Position numbers and translations under genes: made by a program. From assembly GCA_002478275.1 (NCBI GenBank), contig DLMY01000050.1, positions 1-56,107 on the forward strand: 56,107 nt of DNA, given 5' to 3'. Each line of letters starts with the position of its first letter. The first letter of the stretch is position 1. This DNA comes from Actinobacteria bacterium UBA7524. GTDB taxonomy: Bacteria > Actinomycetota > Coriobacteriia > Anaerosomatales > UBA912. Shown one piece after another: positions 38,554-50,555 of the stretch. Under the pieces are notes generated by a model. The model saw nothing but the letters and a program-made list of their open reading frames with translations, did not search any database and had not been told where the DNA came from.

Positions 38554-41500
38554 ATGCCCTTGCTCGAACACATCGCTGAACGCCTCGCCGCTACCCCCGG
38601 CTTCGCGCAGATCGAGGAGCTGCTTCACCAGGGAGCGGACGCGGCGATAGCCACTCCCGGCCTGATCCGGCCGCTGGCGGTAGCCGCGCTGTTCGCACGG
38701 TCTCCTCGGCCGGTATTGGTGGTCGTCGCGGGTGAGGAGGCATCCGAGCGCTTCGCTCGTCAGTCCATCGCGCTGCTGGGCAGGGAGCGGGTGCTGCACT
38801 TCCCCGAGCGCAAGGACCCGCCCTGGTCGCAACTCGCTCCGGAGGTGGAGCTCGCAGGTCGCAGGGCGAGGGCCCTGCACGCGCTGTCGACAGGTCGCGA
38901 AGTGGTCGTGGTCACTTCGGCGCGGGCCTTGTTGCGGGCGTTGCCACCGGAGGGCAGCAGCGTCTATGTGCCACTGGTACTCGAAGCGGGTTCGACGCTG
39001 GATGTCGAGGTCGCGAGCGAGAAGCTCGTTCGCATGGGATACGAGCGCGTCGACGTTGCCACTGAGCGCGGACAGTACGCGGTGCGCGGTGGCGTGCTCG
39101 ATGTATTCCCGAGCGACGCCGCGGGGCCTGTGCGGGTCGAGTTGTTCGGCGACGAGATAGAGTCGCTTCGCCGCTACGTCCAGTCCACCGGGCAGACGAT
39201 CGGCGATGCGGGTGTGACCGAGGTCTTCTGTTGCCGTGAGGTAGCGCTTTCTGGAAGGGCCGCAGCTCGCGCTGCCCGTGCGCTTGCGGACAAGGCCCTC
39301 AAGGACCCATTCGTGACGCATCATCTCGAGCTCATCTCGCAGGGAGTGCAGTTCAACGGCATCGAACGGTACCTGCCGGTGTTCTACGAATCGCAAGGTG
39401 CGCTGACGGATTACATGGCTCCCGGAACGCTCATGGCCGTCGTAGAACCGCGTTCGCTGTTCACGGACCTGACGCGGCGCCATGACGAACTGGCCGAGTC
39501 CGCGAAAGCCGCCCACGTCCCGCTCGACGGCCTCATCCTGCCGCCCGGCAGCATAGACCTCGGGGGTCGCCAGCGGTTGACGGTGCTCTCCTCGTTGCAC
39601 ACAGGCGGCGTGGCGGATGTGGAGTTGCCCGCGCGCCGTCCGGAGGTTTCCGGGGGCGAGGAGCGCTTCATCGCCGGCGTCCGCTCACTCCTGGACGTAG
39701 GGCACGTGGTGGTGGTCTCGGTACCCGAACGCCGGGCGCGCCGCCGGATCGGTGACACGTTGGCCCAGGCAGGGCTGAGCGTCGAGGATCTGAGCGACAA
39801 GCCTCCGGCACCGGGAATCGTGTACCTGTCACCCACGGAGGTGCCTGCAGGTTTCGTCGTTCCCGCCGCACACGTGGCGGTCGTCAGTATCGATGACGTC
39901 TACCCGCGCTCCTCGGCACGCATGAAGGCCGCACGCCAGGCGGACCCGACCGAGATGACGTTCGCATTCTCTCCCGGGGACTACGTCGTACACGCCACGC
40001 ACGGTATCGGGCTGTTCGTCGAGATGCAGCGTCGCGAGGTGCTGGGTGTGGAGCGAGACTATCTGGTCCTCCAGTACGCCAAGGGCGACAAGCTCTATGT
40101 GCCGGTCGATCAGATCGACCGGGTCTCGAAGTATGTGGGCCCCGATGGCTCGGCGCCGAGAGTCACGCGTCTGAACACCGCTGATTGGTCGCGCGCGACG
40201 GGCAAGGCACGAAAGGCCGCACGCAAGCTGGCGTTCGACCTCGTGGACCTCTACGCCCGTCGTTCGGCGGTCAGCGGGCACGAGTTCGCGCCCGACACCC
40301 CGTGGCAGATCGAGATGGAGGCGATGTTCCCGTACGTAGAGACGCCCGATCAGCTTGCTGCGATCGCCGACGTGAAGGCAGACATGGAATCGGACAAGCC
40401 TATGGACCGGCTCATCTGCGGGGACGTGGGCTATGGAAAGACGGAGGTCGCCATCCGGGCGGCGTTCAAAGCGGTGCAGGACGGCAAGCAGGTCATGGTG
40501 CTCTGCCCGACAACGATCCTGGCACAGCAGCACTTCACGACGTTCTCGGAGCGCTTCGAGCCCTTCGAGGTGCGGGTAGAGGTGCTTTCGCGCTTCCGTA
40601 CCGCGTCACAACAGAAGGCTGCACTCGAAGGCTTCGCCAAGGGGACGGTGGAGATACTCATCGGCACGCACCGCCTGCTGTCGCGCGACGTGACTCCCCG
40701 CGCCCTCGGACTTGTAGTCATAGACGAGGAGCAGCGCTTCGGCGTCGAGCACAAGGAGCACCTCAAGAACCTGCGCGAGCAGGTCGACATCCTGACGCTT
40801 TCGGCAACGCCCATCCCGCGCACACTGCAGATGTCGCTTTCGGGTGTGCGCGACATGAGCGTCATCGACACACCGCCACCCAACCGCTTCCCAGTCCAGG
40901 TCCATGCGGGTATATGGGACGAGGACCTGGTCTCCTCGGCGATCAGGCGGGAACTCGAGCGCGGCGGGCAGGTCTACTACGTCAGCAACCGGGTGCGCAC
41001 CATCGACGACGCGGTGGAGCGGGTGCGTGGCGCGGCGCCGGAAGCGCGCGTCGGAGTCGCGCACGGGCAGATGAACGAGAAGCAGCTCGAGCGTGTGATG
41101 GAGGCGTTCGCGGCCAACGAGTACGACGTGCTCGTGGCGACGACGATCATCGAGAGCGGCATCGACAACCCGCACTCCAACACGCTCATCATCGAGGACT
41201 CGCAGCGCCTGGGTCTTGCGCAGCTCTACCAGCTCAAGGGGCGCGTCGGGCGCAGTCACGTCAAGGCATACGCGTACTTCCTGTTCCCCCGGACCGAGGC
41301 GCTGACCGACCAGGCGATAGAGCGGCTCACGGCCATCAGCGACAACACCGGCCTGGGCAGCGGCATCAAGGTCGCGATGCGCGATCTCGAGATCCGCGGC
41401 GCAGGTTCGCTCCTGGGCGCCGAGCAGCACGGCAACATGAGTGCGGTGGGTTTCGACCTGTTCTCCGAGATGCTGCGCGAAGCGGTGGCCGAGGCGCGTG

Positions 41501-41952
41501 GAGAACCTGCGGTCGCGTTCCCGGAGGTCAGAGTGGACCTCCCCGGTTCGGCGTTCCTTCCCGAGGAGTACCTGCCGGATGCCGGAGAGCGCGTGCGGTA
41601 CTACCGCCGCCTCGCAGGCTCGCCGAGCGTGGAAGCGCTCGACGCCGTGGCCGCGGAGATCCGCGAGCAGTTCGGCCCTATGCCGCAACCGGCCATAGAT
41701 CTCTTCGGTGTGGCGCGTGTAAGGGCACTTGCGGGGGAGGCGGGGCTGACCAGTGTCACGCTCGTCCGTAACCGGCTCAGGTTCGCCCCTCTGGAGCCGG
41801 AAGGAGCGCTCAAAGGCGCTCTGGCGGCGCGTGGTGCGGTCACGCTCGAACGGGAGCGGGCGGTGGCGGTGCCACTGGAGTATGGAGCTTCTGTGATTGA
41901 CGCTGCTCAGGAGCTGCTCGGTGCTATACTGTCCGGAGCTGATTCCGCTTGA
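38554..41952 (+). CDS. mfd: Transcription-repair coupling factor
   Basis: GDVGYGKTEV, DEEQRFGV, SATPIPRT, QLYQLKGRVGR, MRDLEIRGAG. Confidence 0.97.
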   Translation: MPLLEHIAERLAATPGFAQIEELLHQGADAAIATPGLIRPLAVAALFARSPRPVLVVVAGEEASERFARQSIALLGRERVLHFPERKDPPWSQLAPEVELAGRRARALHALSTGREVVVVTSARALLRALPPEGSSVYVPLVLEAGSTLDVEVASEKLVRMGYERVDVATERGQYAVRGGVLDVFPSDAAGPVRVELFGDEIESLRRYVQSTGQTIGDAGVTEVFCCREVALSGRAAARAARALADKALKDPFVTHHLELISQGVQFNGIERYLPVFYESQGALTDYMAPGTLMAVVEPRSLFTDLTRRHDELAESAKAAHVPLDGLILPPGSIDLGGRQRLTVLSSLHTGGVADVELPARRPEVSGGEERFIAGVRSLLDVGHVVVVSVPERRARRRIGDTLAQAGLSVEDLSDKPPAPGIVYLSPTEVPAGFVVPAAHVAVVSIDDVYPRSSARMKAARQADPTEMTFAFSPGDYVVHATHGIGLFVEMQRREVLGVERDYLVLQYAKGDKLYVPVDQIDRVSKYVGPDGSAPRVTRLNTADWSRATGKARKAARKLAFDLVDLYARRSAVSGHEFAPDTPWQIEMEAMFPYVETPDQLAAIADVKADMESDKPMDRLICGDVGYGKTEVAIRAAFKAVQDGKQVMVLCPTTILAQQHFTTFSERFEPFEVRVEVLSRFRTASQQKAALEGFAKGTVEILIGTHRLLSRDVTPRALGLVVIDEEQRFGVEHKEHLKNLREQVDILTLSATPIPRTLQMSLSGVRDMSVIDTPPPNRFPVQVHAGIWDEDLVSSAIRRELERGGQVYYVSNRVRTIDDAVERVRGAAPEARVGVAHGQMNEKQLERVMEAFAANEYDVLVATTIIESGIDNPHSNTLIIEDSQRLGLAQLYQLKGRVGRSHVKAYAYFLFPRTEALTDQAIERLTAISDNTGLGSGIKVAMRDLEIRGAGSLLGAEQHGNMSAVGFDLFSEMLREAVAEARGEPAVAFPEVRVDLPGSAFLPEEYLPDAGERVRYYRRLAGSPSVEALDAVAAEIREQFGPMPQPAIDLFGVARVRALAGEAGLTSVTLVRNRLRFAPLEPEGALKGALAARGAVTLERERAVAVPLEYGASVIDAAQELLGAILSGADSA

Positions 41953-41967
41953 TCCCCTGGAGGTTCC

Positions 41968-42963
41968 ATGAGAGCGTTTCGCGTGCTTCTGACAGCCGTG
42001 CTGGTAGCCGGACTTTCTTTCGGTGCGGCAGGCTGCACCGATAAGGACGTCGCCGCGCGCGTGAACGGCGAGGTCATCAAGTTGTCCGAGCTCAACGCGC
42101 AGGTAGATAAGGTGATCGAGCAGTATCCGACGATGTTCGAGGGGGCCGACGGCGAGGGCCGCCTGCTCGACATGAAGCAGCGCATCCTCGACTCGCTCAT
42201 CAACTCGGCCCTGATCCGTCAGGCAGCCAAGGAGCGCGGCATCAACGTCAGCGATGCGGATGTCGACGCCAAGTTCGCTGAACTCAAGAGCGGGTTCGCC
42301 GATGACGAGCAGTTCAATGCCGCTCTGGAGCAGGCGGGCATGACGGTCGAGGAGCTGGAGAACCAGGTACGCGAGCAGCTCATCAACGAGGCGCTCATGG
42401 CCTCTCTGAGCGAGGGCGATGAGATCACCGACGAGCAGATCGCCGAGTACTACGAGGCGAACAAGAACATCTTCACCGACCAGGCAGCGGTCCATGCCGC
42501 GCACATCCTCTTCGACGAGGAGGACAAGGAGACCGCCGAGCAGGTACTCGCCGAGGTCAAAGCCGGAGGCGACTTCGCTGCGCTGGCGAAGGAGCACTCG
42601 AAGGACCCCGGAAGCGCTGCGGAGGGTGGCGACCTCGGATGGCCGACCATGCCCTTCGTCCCCGAGTTCCAGGCGGCTGCTGACGCTCTGGCCGTGGGTG
42701 AGATCTCCGAGCTCGTTCAGTCCGAGTTCGGCTGGCACATCATCAAGGTCCTCGAGAGGCGCGAGGAGAGCGTCAAGCCTCTCGAGGAGGTCGTCGACCA
42801 GGTGGAGCAGCTCATCCAGCGGCAGCGTGACACTGAAGCCTACCAGAAGTACATCGATGAGCTGCGGGAGAAGGCCGAGATCGAGATCCTCGTGCCCGAA
42901 CTGCAGGCGCCGCCCGCCGCAGACGCTGACGGTGGCGAAGGCGAGGCCGAAGAGTCCGAATAA
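41968..42963 (+). CDS. PrsA/SurA-like lipoprotein peptidyl-prolyl isomerase
   Basis: Lipobox AAGC; HIL...[31 protein letters not shown]. Confidence 0.9.
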   Translation: MRAFRVLLTAVLVAGLSFGAAGCTDKDVAARVNGEVIKLSELNAQVDKVIEQYPTMFEGADGEGRLLDMKQRILDSLINSALIRQAAKERGINVSDADVDAKFAELKSGFADDEQFNAALEQAGMTVEELENQVREQLINEALMASLSEGDEITDEQIAEYYEANKNIFTDQAAVHAAHILFDEEDKETAEQVLAEVKAGGDFAALAKEHSKDPGSAAEGGDLGWPTMPFVPEFQAAADALAVGEISELVQSEFGWHIIKVLERREESVKPLEEVVDQVEQLIQRQRDTEAYQKYIDELREKAEIEILVPELQAPPAADADGGEGEAEESE

Positions 42964-42991
42964 GCCGCCACGGGGCGGGCGAGGGGGTCCT

Positions 42992-44425
42992 GTGGGTTCG
43001 ATAGCGATCGTGGGCGTCGGCCTGGACGAAGACGTGCCAGCGGCGACGCTGGAGAGGCTGCGCCGCTCCGCGAGCGTGGTCGTGCCCTCCACTGACGGAC
43101 CCCTCGCGTACGCGCTCTCCTCGGCAGGTATCACGTTCGTCTCCCTGGCCGATCTCGGGCTGACGGCGAATGCGCCCGTCGACCGTGTCATCGAGCACCT
43201 GACCTCGATGTCGCGGGAGGGTGACGTCGCGTACGTGACACCGGGGTACCCCTTCATGCGTCAGGGGATGCTGTCCGGATTACTCTCCCGGGTCGGCGGC
43301 GGTCTGGATGTGTTCCCGCCGCTGTCTCCATTGCAGGTCATCCTGATGGCCTTCGACATCGACTTGACGGCCGATTTGGACATCATCGACGCGCGCTCGC
43401 TGTCACCTTCCATCGAGCAGCGTCTGTCACATCTGATCGTCACCGGCGTGAGCAACCACATGCTTTCGCGCCGGGTGTCCGAGCGGCTCTCCCAGGTCTA
43501 CCCCGGCGATCACGAGGTGGTCTTGGCGTCGAGGTTGCCCGACGGCGGGTTCTCGCTTTCGATGGTCACGGTCACGGGACTTGTGGATGCGCCGCTCGGG
43601 GATGAGACCGCAGTGTACGTCGGGCCCTCGCGCATCACGCTGCCGTGCGGCTTTGATGAACTGGTACGCCTGATCGATATCCTGCGTTCTCCGGACGGTT
43701 GTCCCTGGGACCGGGCGCAGGACCACGTCAGTCTGCGCCGGCACATGCTTGAAGAAGCGTATGAGGCGGTAGCGGCGATCGAGTCAGGAGACCCGGTGGC
43801 ATTGGCCGGGGAGCTCGGTGACGTCTTGCTGCAGGTCGTTCTCCACGCACAGATCGCCGCCGAGCACGACACCTTCACCATCGAGGACGTGGTCGCGGGC
43901 ATAACCGAGAAGATCCGCAGACGCCATCCGCACGTGTTCGGCTGTGAGGAAGCGGACACGCCTGAGGCCGTCACCAGGCTGTGGGACGCCGTCAAGCGCG
44001 ATGAGGGTTCGGACAGCACCGGGCTCCTCGACGGGATACCGCATGCGCTCCCGGCGCTGATGCGGGCACAGAAGATATCGCGCCGGGTCGTCGGTGTGGG
44101 CTTCGAGTGGGATACCATCGACGCTGTGTGGGAGAAGGTCCACGAGGAGATCGACGAGATCAAGGCTGCCGACCCCGGCTCGGATGAGGCTGCGGGCGAG
44201 ATCGGTGATCTTCTGTTCACCATCGTCAATCTTGCTCGCAAGCAAGGTATCGATGCCGAGGAGGCGCTCAGGACCACGTGCGACAAGTTCACCGCGCGCT
44301 GGCGTCATATGGAGGCGGCGGCGCTTGAGGCGGGCACGGACATCGCCGGTCTGGGTATCGAACACCTGGAGCGGATGTGGGGGGACGCGAAAGAGAGTGA
44401 GTCGCAAGGCCGCGGGCCTTCGTAG
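42992..44425 (+). CDS. mazG: Tetrapyrrole-methylase-like domain fused to MazG NTP pyrophosphohydrolase
   Basis: LRSPDGCPWDRAQ, EEAYE, ELGDVLLQV, RRHPHVF, EIGDLLF. Confidence 0.92.
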   Translation: MGSIAIVGVGLDEDVPAATLERLRRSASVVVPSTDGPLAYALSSAGITFVSLADLGLTANAPVDRVIEHLTSMSREGDVAYVTPGYPFMRQGMLSGLLSRVGGGLDVFPPLSPLQVILMAFDIDLTADLDIIDARSLSPSIEQRLSHLIVTGVSNHMLSRRVSERLSQVYPGDHEVVLASRLPDGGFSLSMVTVTGLVDAPLGDETAVYVGPSRITLPCGFDELVRLIDILRSPDGCPWDRAQDHVSLRRHMLEEAYEAVAAIESGDPVALAGELGDVLLQVVLHAQIAAEHDTFTIEDVVAGITEKIRRRHPHVFGCEEADTPEAVTRLWDAVKRDEGSDSTGLLDGIPHALPALMRAQKISRRVVGVGFEWDTIDAVWEKVHEEIDEIKAADPGSDEAAGEIGDLLFTIVNLARKQGIDAEEALRTTCDKFTARWRHMEAAALEAGTDIAGLGIEHLERMWGDAKESESQGRGPS

Positions 44426-45760
<1,335 letters not shown>

Positions 45761-45763
45761 TCG

Positions 45764-46657
45764 ATGTCCGGAAGTGTCGGGGACAGCACTTCCCTTTACG
45801 GGGTGCCGCTCGACAGAGCGCTTGCTCAGCGCGAGCGGCATGCCGATGACTTCGACATCGACTTCGGCGAGGAGCGTGTCTTTCCCGGACTCGTGGAGTT
45901 CCTTCTCGATGAAGTGACGCCTGAAGCGAGTGTGCTTGAGGTGGGCGCGGCTTCCGGGCTGCTGACCAGGCCACTGCTCGAACGTGCCGGTCGAGTGACG
46001 GCTCTGGAGCCAAGTGCGGGGCTACTGCGCCGTTTGCTTTCCAGCAGCGTCGCCGATTCTCCGAAGCTGCTCATCCGCCAGGGGATGGTCGAGGACCTCT
46101 CGCCGGACAAGACGTTCGACGTCGCCGTGGTGACGTTCACTCCCAGAAGAGGCGTGGGATTGTCCCGTCTGCTCGTCGAGCTGGGCTTGAGGGTCAAGGA
46201 CAAGATCGTCTTGCTGCTCGACGATGATAACTCCATGGACTGGGCTTATCTTGCGCGAGCCGCTGCCGTACAGGGATTCGACGTCAGCCTCAGGATACTG
46301 TCGAGTAGCGTCGGCCAGCTTGAGAACCGCAGGCGCGCGGTCTTGTTGGTGGTGAACGTCTCGGGGTGGGAGCCTGCTGACCGGCTCCTTGACTCGTGGG
46401 CACTCGACGCGAGCGAGGTCCGCGTCCCGTATCCGACGCCGCGCGGCGAGGCCACCAGGCTCGTGCGCTACTTCCTCGCAGGCGGAGACCGTGCGATGAG
46501 AGTATCGATCGACCAGAGGGGAGAGGAACGCCTGTACGGCAACTTACGTACCGCGGTCCACCGGCTCGCTCGCGAGAACGTGACGGTGCGTCGTTCGACC
46601 GATGGTATCCAGATCGTCAGGCTACCGAAGGGTACCGAGGGCGATACTGTGGAATAG
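45764..46657 (+). CDS. Class I SAM-dependent methyltransferase-like protein
   Basis: VLEVGAASG, ALEPS, FDVAV. Confidence 0.75.
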   Translation: MSGSVGDSTSLYGVPLDRALAQRERHADDFDIDFGEERVFPGLVEFLLDEVTPEASVLEVGAASGLLTRPLLERAGRVTALEPSAGLLRRLLSSSVADSPKLLIRQGMVEDLSPDKTFDVAVVTFTPRRGVGLSRLLVELGLRVKDKIVLLLDDDNSMDWAYLARAAAVQGFDVSLRILSSSVGQLENRRRAVLLVVNVSGWEPADRLLDSWALDASEVRVPYPTPRGEATRLVRYFLAGGDRAMRVSIDQRGEERLYGNLRTAVHRLARENVTVRRSTDGIQIVRLPKGTEGDTVE

Positions 46658-46685
46658 ACCACTCGTGTGACATCCACCTGCCGAG

Positions 46686-48152
46686 GTGATACGAGTGCGC
46701 AGAACGAAGATCATCGCGACCATCGGTCCGGCCAGCGACGGCGGCGAGCGGCTTGATGGATTGGTGGCTGCAGGAATCGACGTGGCACGACTGAATTCGT
46801 CGCATTCCGGCATCACTGACCTCACGGACCGGATCGCCGGGATCCGGGCTGCGGCGGACAGGGCCGGACGCAACGTTGCGGTCATGCTCGATCTCGCCGG
46901 TCCCAAGGTGCGGGTCGGTACTGTCGAGCCGGGCATCGAGCTTGAACCGGGCCAGACGTTCTCGCTCGAGGCTGGGGAGTGTGTCGGAGACGCCACCAAG
47001 GCGTTCGTCAACTACGCATCGCTGGCAGATGACGTGTCCCCCGGCGACCGGATCCTGCTCGACGACGGCCGCATCGAATTGCGGGTCGAGTCGGCGGATG
47101 CCGGGGTGGTCCGGACGAAAGTCGTGGCGGGCGGTGCCCTGCTCAGCCGCAAGGGGGTCAACGTACCCGGCGTGAGCCTGGGAGTCGGCGCGATCACGGA
47201 CTACGACCGTGAGGTGCTCGCTTGGGGGATCCGAGCCGGCGTCGATTACATCGCACAGTCGTTCGTGCGCAGTGCAGACGATATCCGCGCGCTCAGGGAG
47301 CTCATGGGGGATTCTGCCGTGCCGATCGTGGCCAAGATCGAGAAACACGAAGCCATCGCTCACGTGGATGACATCGTCGCCCACGCCGACGCCGTGATGG
47401 TCGCTCGTGGAGACCTTGGAGTCGAGACCTCGTCCGAAGACGTACCTGTCATGCAGCGCAGGATCGTCTCCGCGTGCAGGAAGACGGGCACACCGGTGAT
47501 CGTGGCCACGCAGATGCTCGAATCGATGGTGACCTCACCTACTCCGACCAGGGCGGAGGCCTCTGATGTGGCGAACGCCATCTTCGAGGGGGCCGACGCG
47601 ATCATGCTCTCGGCTGAGACGGCGGTGGGGGAGTATCCTTTGCAGGCGGTCGCGACCATGGACCGGATCGCGCGCACCGCAGAGACGGCCGTCGCTGATG
47701 ACTCCTCGCGCGGGGCTGCACACGCACCCTCCTTTGCGATCCACTTGCCTGTCCAGGGCAGGTCTCACTCGGGGATATCCGCTGTGACTCACGCGGTGAG
47801 TTCGGCGGTCTGTGAGCTGGCCGACGGACTCGAGGTGGCGGCGATCGTGACCGCGACACAGTCCGGCGCGACCGCACGCGCTGTTGCGCGACACCGTCCC
47901 GCGACTCCGGTCATCGCCATCACTCCCTACCCTGAAGTGGCCAGGAACCTCGCGCTCGTCTGGGGCGTCACTGCGCTGATAGTGGCACTCGCCGAGGAGA
48001 CCGATGACATGCTTCGGGCCGTCGAGAGTGCGGTGACCGAAGCGGGACTCGTGGAGCCCGGGCAGCATTTCGCAGTGACCGCCGGCATCGCATCGCGAGT
48101 CAGCGGGGCCACCGACTTCATCCTCGTCCGGGAAGCAGGGTCCGGCTCCTAA
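46686..48152 (+). CDS. pyk: Pyruvate kinase
   Basis: RRTKIIATIGPAS, AKIE, MVARGDLGVE, ATQMLESM, PTRAEASDVANA. Confidence 0.97.
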   Translation: MIRVRRTKIIATIGPASDGGERLDGLVAAGIDVARLNSSHSGITDLTDRIAGIRAAADRAGRNVAVMLDLAGPKVRVGTVEPGIELEPGQTFSLEAGECVGDATKAFVNYASLADDVSPGDRILLDDGRIELRVESADAGVVRTKVVAGGALLSRKGVNVPGVSLGVGAITDYDREVLAWGIRAGVDYIAQSFVRSADDIRALRELMGDSAVPIVAKIEKHEAIAHVDDIVAHADAVMVARGDLGVETSSEDVPVMQRRIVSACRKTGTPVIVATQMLESMVTSPTPTRAEASDVANAIFEGADAIMLSAETAVGEYPLQAVATMDRIARTAETAVADDSSRGAAHAPSFAIHLPVQGRSHSGISAVTHAVSSAVCELADGLEVAAIVTATQSGATARAVARHRPATPVIAITPYPEVARNLALVWGVTALIVALAEETDDMLRAVESAVTEAGLVEPGQHFAVTAGIASRVSGATDFILVREAGSGS

Positions 48153-48262
48153 GCCTCAACTTGAGGTATATGCGACACACCACATGTGAGCTGTGCTATC
48201 ATTCTGCAAAAGGGCACAGTGCCCGTCAGCTCACAGGCCTTCTCACAGGACATCGTAGACGC

Positions 48263-48823
48263 ATGACATCTCGGAAGACGTCGTACAACGGGGCCCGATC
48301 GAGCAGACGCACCTCCCCCGGGGGAGGTCGCGTCGTTGTAGCGTCCGCGCGAAAGCGTCCGTCGCATTCGTCATCGGCCGGACGCAGGACGCCGGCACGC
48401 AAGGTCGCCGCGACCGGTAAGGCCAAACCGCGCACAGCCTCTCCGTCCAGGCGCCTGCATCTCGTTCCCCTGACACTCGTGGTGATCCTGATCGCCGCCG
48501 CGTGGTCGTACTACCCTGTGGCACGAATGCACTATCAGGAACAGCGTGAGAAAGCACGGCTGGAGAGCGAACTCGCGGGACTGCGCGAGAGGAACAGCCA
48601 GCTCAGAGAGCAGGTGGATCGCCTCAAGACACCTGAGGGTGTGGAAGAGGTGGCACGGGAGAGTCTGGGCTTGGTGAAAGAGGGGGAGAACCTCTACGTG
48701 GTGCTTGATGGTGACGAGACGGCTACTGCGCCCGCTGCCGCGCCCGCTACCCCGCAGCTCTCTTTGCAACAGGCCGGCATGTGGTCACGGATGCTTGATG
48801 CGTTGTTCGGGTTCGAGGAGTGA
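48263..48823 (+). CDS. Septum formation initiator (FtsB/DivIC family)
   Basis: Basic N-tail, one TM helix, coiled coil, VEEVARESLGLVKEGE. Confidence 0.88.
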   Translation: MTSRKTSYNGARSSRRTSPGGGRVVVASARKRPSHSSSAGRRTPARKVAATGKAKPRTASPSRRLHLVPLTLVVILIAAAWSYYPVARMHYQEQREKARLESELAGLRERNSQLREQVDRLKTPEGVEEVARESLGLVKEGENLYVVLDGDETATAPAAAPATPQLSLQQAGMWSRMLDALFGFEE

Positions 48824-49365
48824 CTTCGATGGACATGCCCGAGCGGGTCGCGCGCGTGATGCCAGAGACGGATGACCCTGCCTATGTCGCGGTTCAGCTC
48901 GGGCGCACTCCGCGCGGCCGTTGGCGCGTCTCGGCAAGATGCCCATTCCGTCGCCCGCTCGTCATCGAGACCGCTCCGGTACTCGAGGACGGAACCCCGT
49001 TTCCGACACTGTACTACCTGACGTGCCCGTGGCTTGTCGCCTATGTCGATGGCCTGGAGAGTGCGTGTGCGGTCTCTGAGTGGTCAGAGAAGCTGGCGAC
49101 CAGGAGCACGTTGCGCAGCCGCATGATCTCTGCGGATGCACAGTACCGCGCCCGGAGGGAGAAGCTCGCGGGGGGTACCGACCCGACTCCCGATGTCGGG
49201 ATCGCGGGGCAGCGCAGCCCGCTTTCCACCAAGTGTCTACATGCGCACGTTGCGACGTATCTGATGGGTATCGATGACCCGGTCGGTGAAGGCGTTCTGA
49301 CGAGGATGGACTCGCGCGCCTGCCCCGACGACCTGTGCAGTCGTCTTCTCAGGGAGAGGCAATGA
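48820..49365 (+). CDS. DUF501 family protein
   Basis: QLGRTPRG, GTPFPTLYYLTCP, KCLHAH; usual position between ftsB and ppx. Confidence 0.9.
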   Translation: MTSMDMPERVARVMPETDDPAYVAVQLGRTPRGRWRVSARCPFRRPLVIETAPVLEDGTPFPTLYYLTCPWLVAYVDGLESACAVSEWSEKLATRSTLRSRMISADAQYRARREKLAGGTDPTPDVGIAGQRSPLSTKCLHAHVATYLMGIDDPVGEGVLTRMDSRACPDDLCSRLLRERQ

Positions 49366-50312
49366 GCGGTGCTCCCCGGAGGCTCGCTGCCATCGACATA
49401 GGTACGGTGACGACGCGCCTTCTCGTTGCGGATGTGACCGCTGACACGATCGCCCCTGTGGCACGCAGTACCGACATAACGCATCTCGGGCAGGGGTCGG
49501 GGCCTGACCGGACGCTCGACCCGACAGCGATGAGGCGTGTCGCGGACGTGGTGGAACGTTACTCGGAGATGATGCGGGAGTTGGGCGTGGAGGCGCATCT
49601 CGCGGTCGCTACATCTGCGGCCCGTGACGCGCATAACGCCGAGGAGTTCGTGACGTTGCTGGCAACATCCGGCGTCACTCCCGAAGTGATCAGCGGTGAC
49701 GCGGAGGCCAGGCTGACCTTTTCCGGTGTGACATGGGGGATGGGAGGCAAGAGTGTCCTTGTCGACGACATCGGTGGCGGCTCGACGGAGCTGATCTTGG
49801 GCGATTCGGACACTGACGACCTTTCGTCCGCGCAGATCATACGGGCACGCTCCGTGGACGTCGGTTCCCGCAGACTCACCGATGCATACCTGACGTCCGA
49901 TCCGCCCACACACAGCGAGCTTGAGTCCGCGCGGACCCATACGTATGAGGAGTTCCGCCGGTTCTTCGACACACTCGATGAACGTCCTTCGACTCTTGTG
50001 TCTGTGGCGGGGACCGCGACCTCGCTGGTAGCGATGCGTCTCGGGCTTGTGGAGTACGACCCGGACAAGGTCCACCTCTTCAGCCTGGGTGGGCAGGACG
50101 TTTCGGACTCACTTGAGTATCTCGCGGGAATACCGCTCGAGCAGCGACTTCAGGTGCCTGGGCTCCACCCCGGCCGTGCTCCAGTGATCGTGGCCGGCGT
50201 ATTGATACTGGAGACGGTCATGGCGCTTGCGGGTGTGGATTCGACGGTCGTGAGCGAGCACGACATACTATACGGGCTACTGCTGGATTCTTACGCGAGG
50301 CTTCAGACATGA
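49362..50312 (+). CDS. ppx: Ppx/GppA family phosphatase
   Basis: AAIDIGT, ATSAARDA, ISGDAEA, DIGGGSTE, VSEHDILYG. Confidence 0.92.
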   Translation: MSGAPRRLAAIDIGTVTTRLLVADVTADTIAPVARSTDITHLGQGSGPDRTLDPTAMRRVADVVERYSEMMRELGVEAHLAVATSAARDAHNAEEFVTLLATSGVTPEVISGDAEARLTFSGVTWGMGGKSVLVDDIGGGSTELILGDSDTDDLSSAQIIRARSVDVGSRRLTDAYLTSDPPTHSELESARTHTYEEFRRFFDTLDERPSTLVSVAGTATSLVAMRLGLVEYDPDKVHLFSLGGQDVSDSLEYLAGIPLEQRLQVPGLHPGRAPVIVAGVLILETVMALAGVDSTVVSEHDILYGLLLDSYARLQT

Positions 50313-50356
50313 GATCGCATGTCCTTGCCCCCGATCGGCAGTCAGCCGAACGTCGA

Positions 50357-50443
50357 GGCGGTGTATCCGAATTGGCACAGGAGGGGGCCTTAAAAGCCTC
50401 TGGCCGCAAGGCCGTGTGGGTTCGAATCCCACCACCGCTACCA
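50357..50443 (+). tRNA. tRNA-Leu(UAA)
   Basis: GGCGGTG/CACCGCT stem, loop CT-TAA-AA, variable arm, GGTTCGAATCC, ACCA. Confidence 0.95.
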
Positions 50444-50555
50444 GCCATTTCGGCGACGGGTCGCACAGGTCATCACCTTTGCGCACCGGCCGCTCTTTGT
50501 AATACTGGGCAGACCATCGAAGGCATGCATAACCATCGCAGGAAGGGGGTGTACC

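Noticed and set aside
40606..43257. 883-aa antisense ORF and similar long shadow ORFs (e.g. 44591-45841, 40185-41771)
   Set aside because: They overlap well-supported genes; expected with high-GC codon bias
50357..50443. bldA-like regulatory role for tRNA-Leu(UAA)
   Set aside because: Only the tRNA identity is visible; no evidence here for TTA-based control
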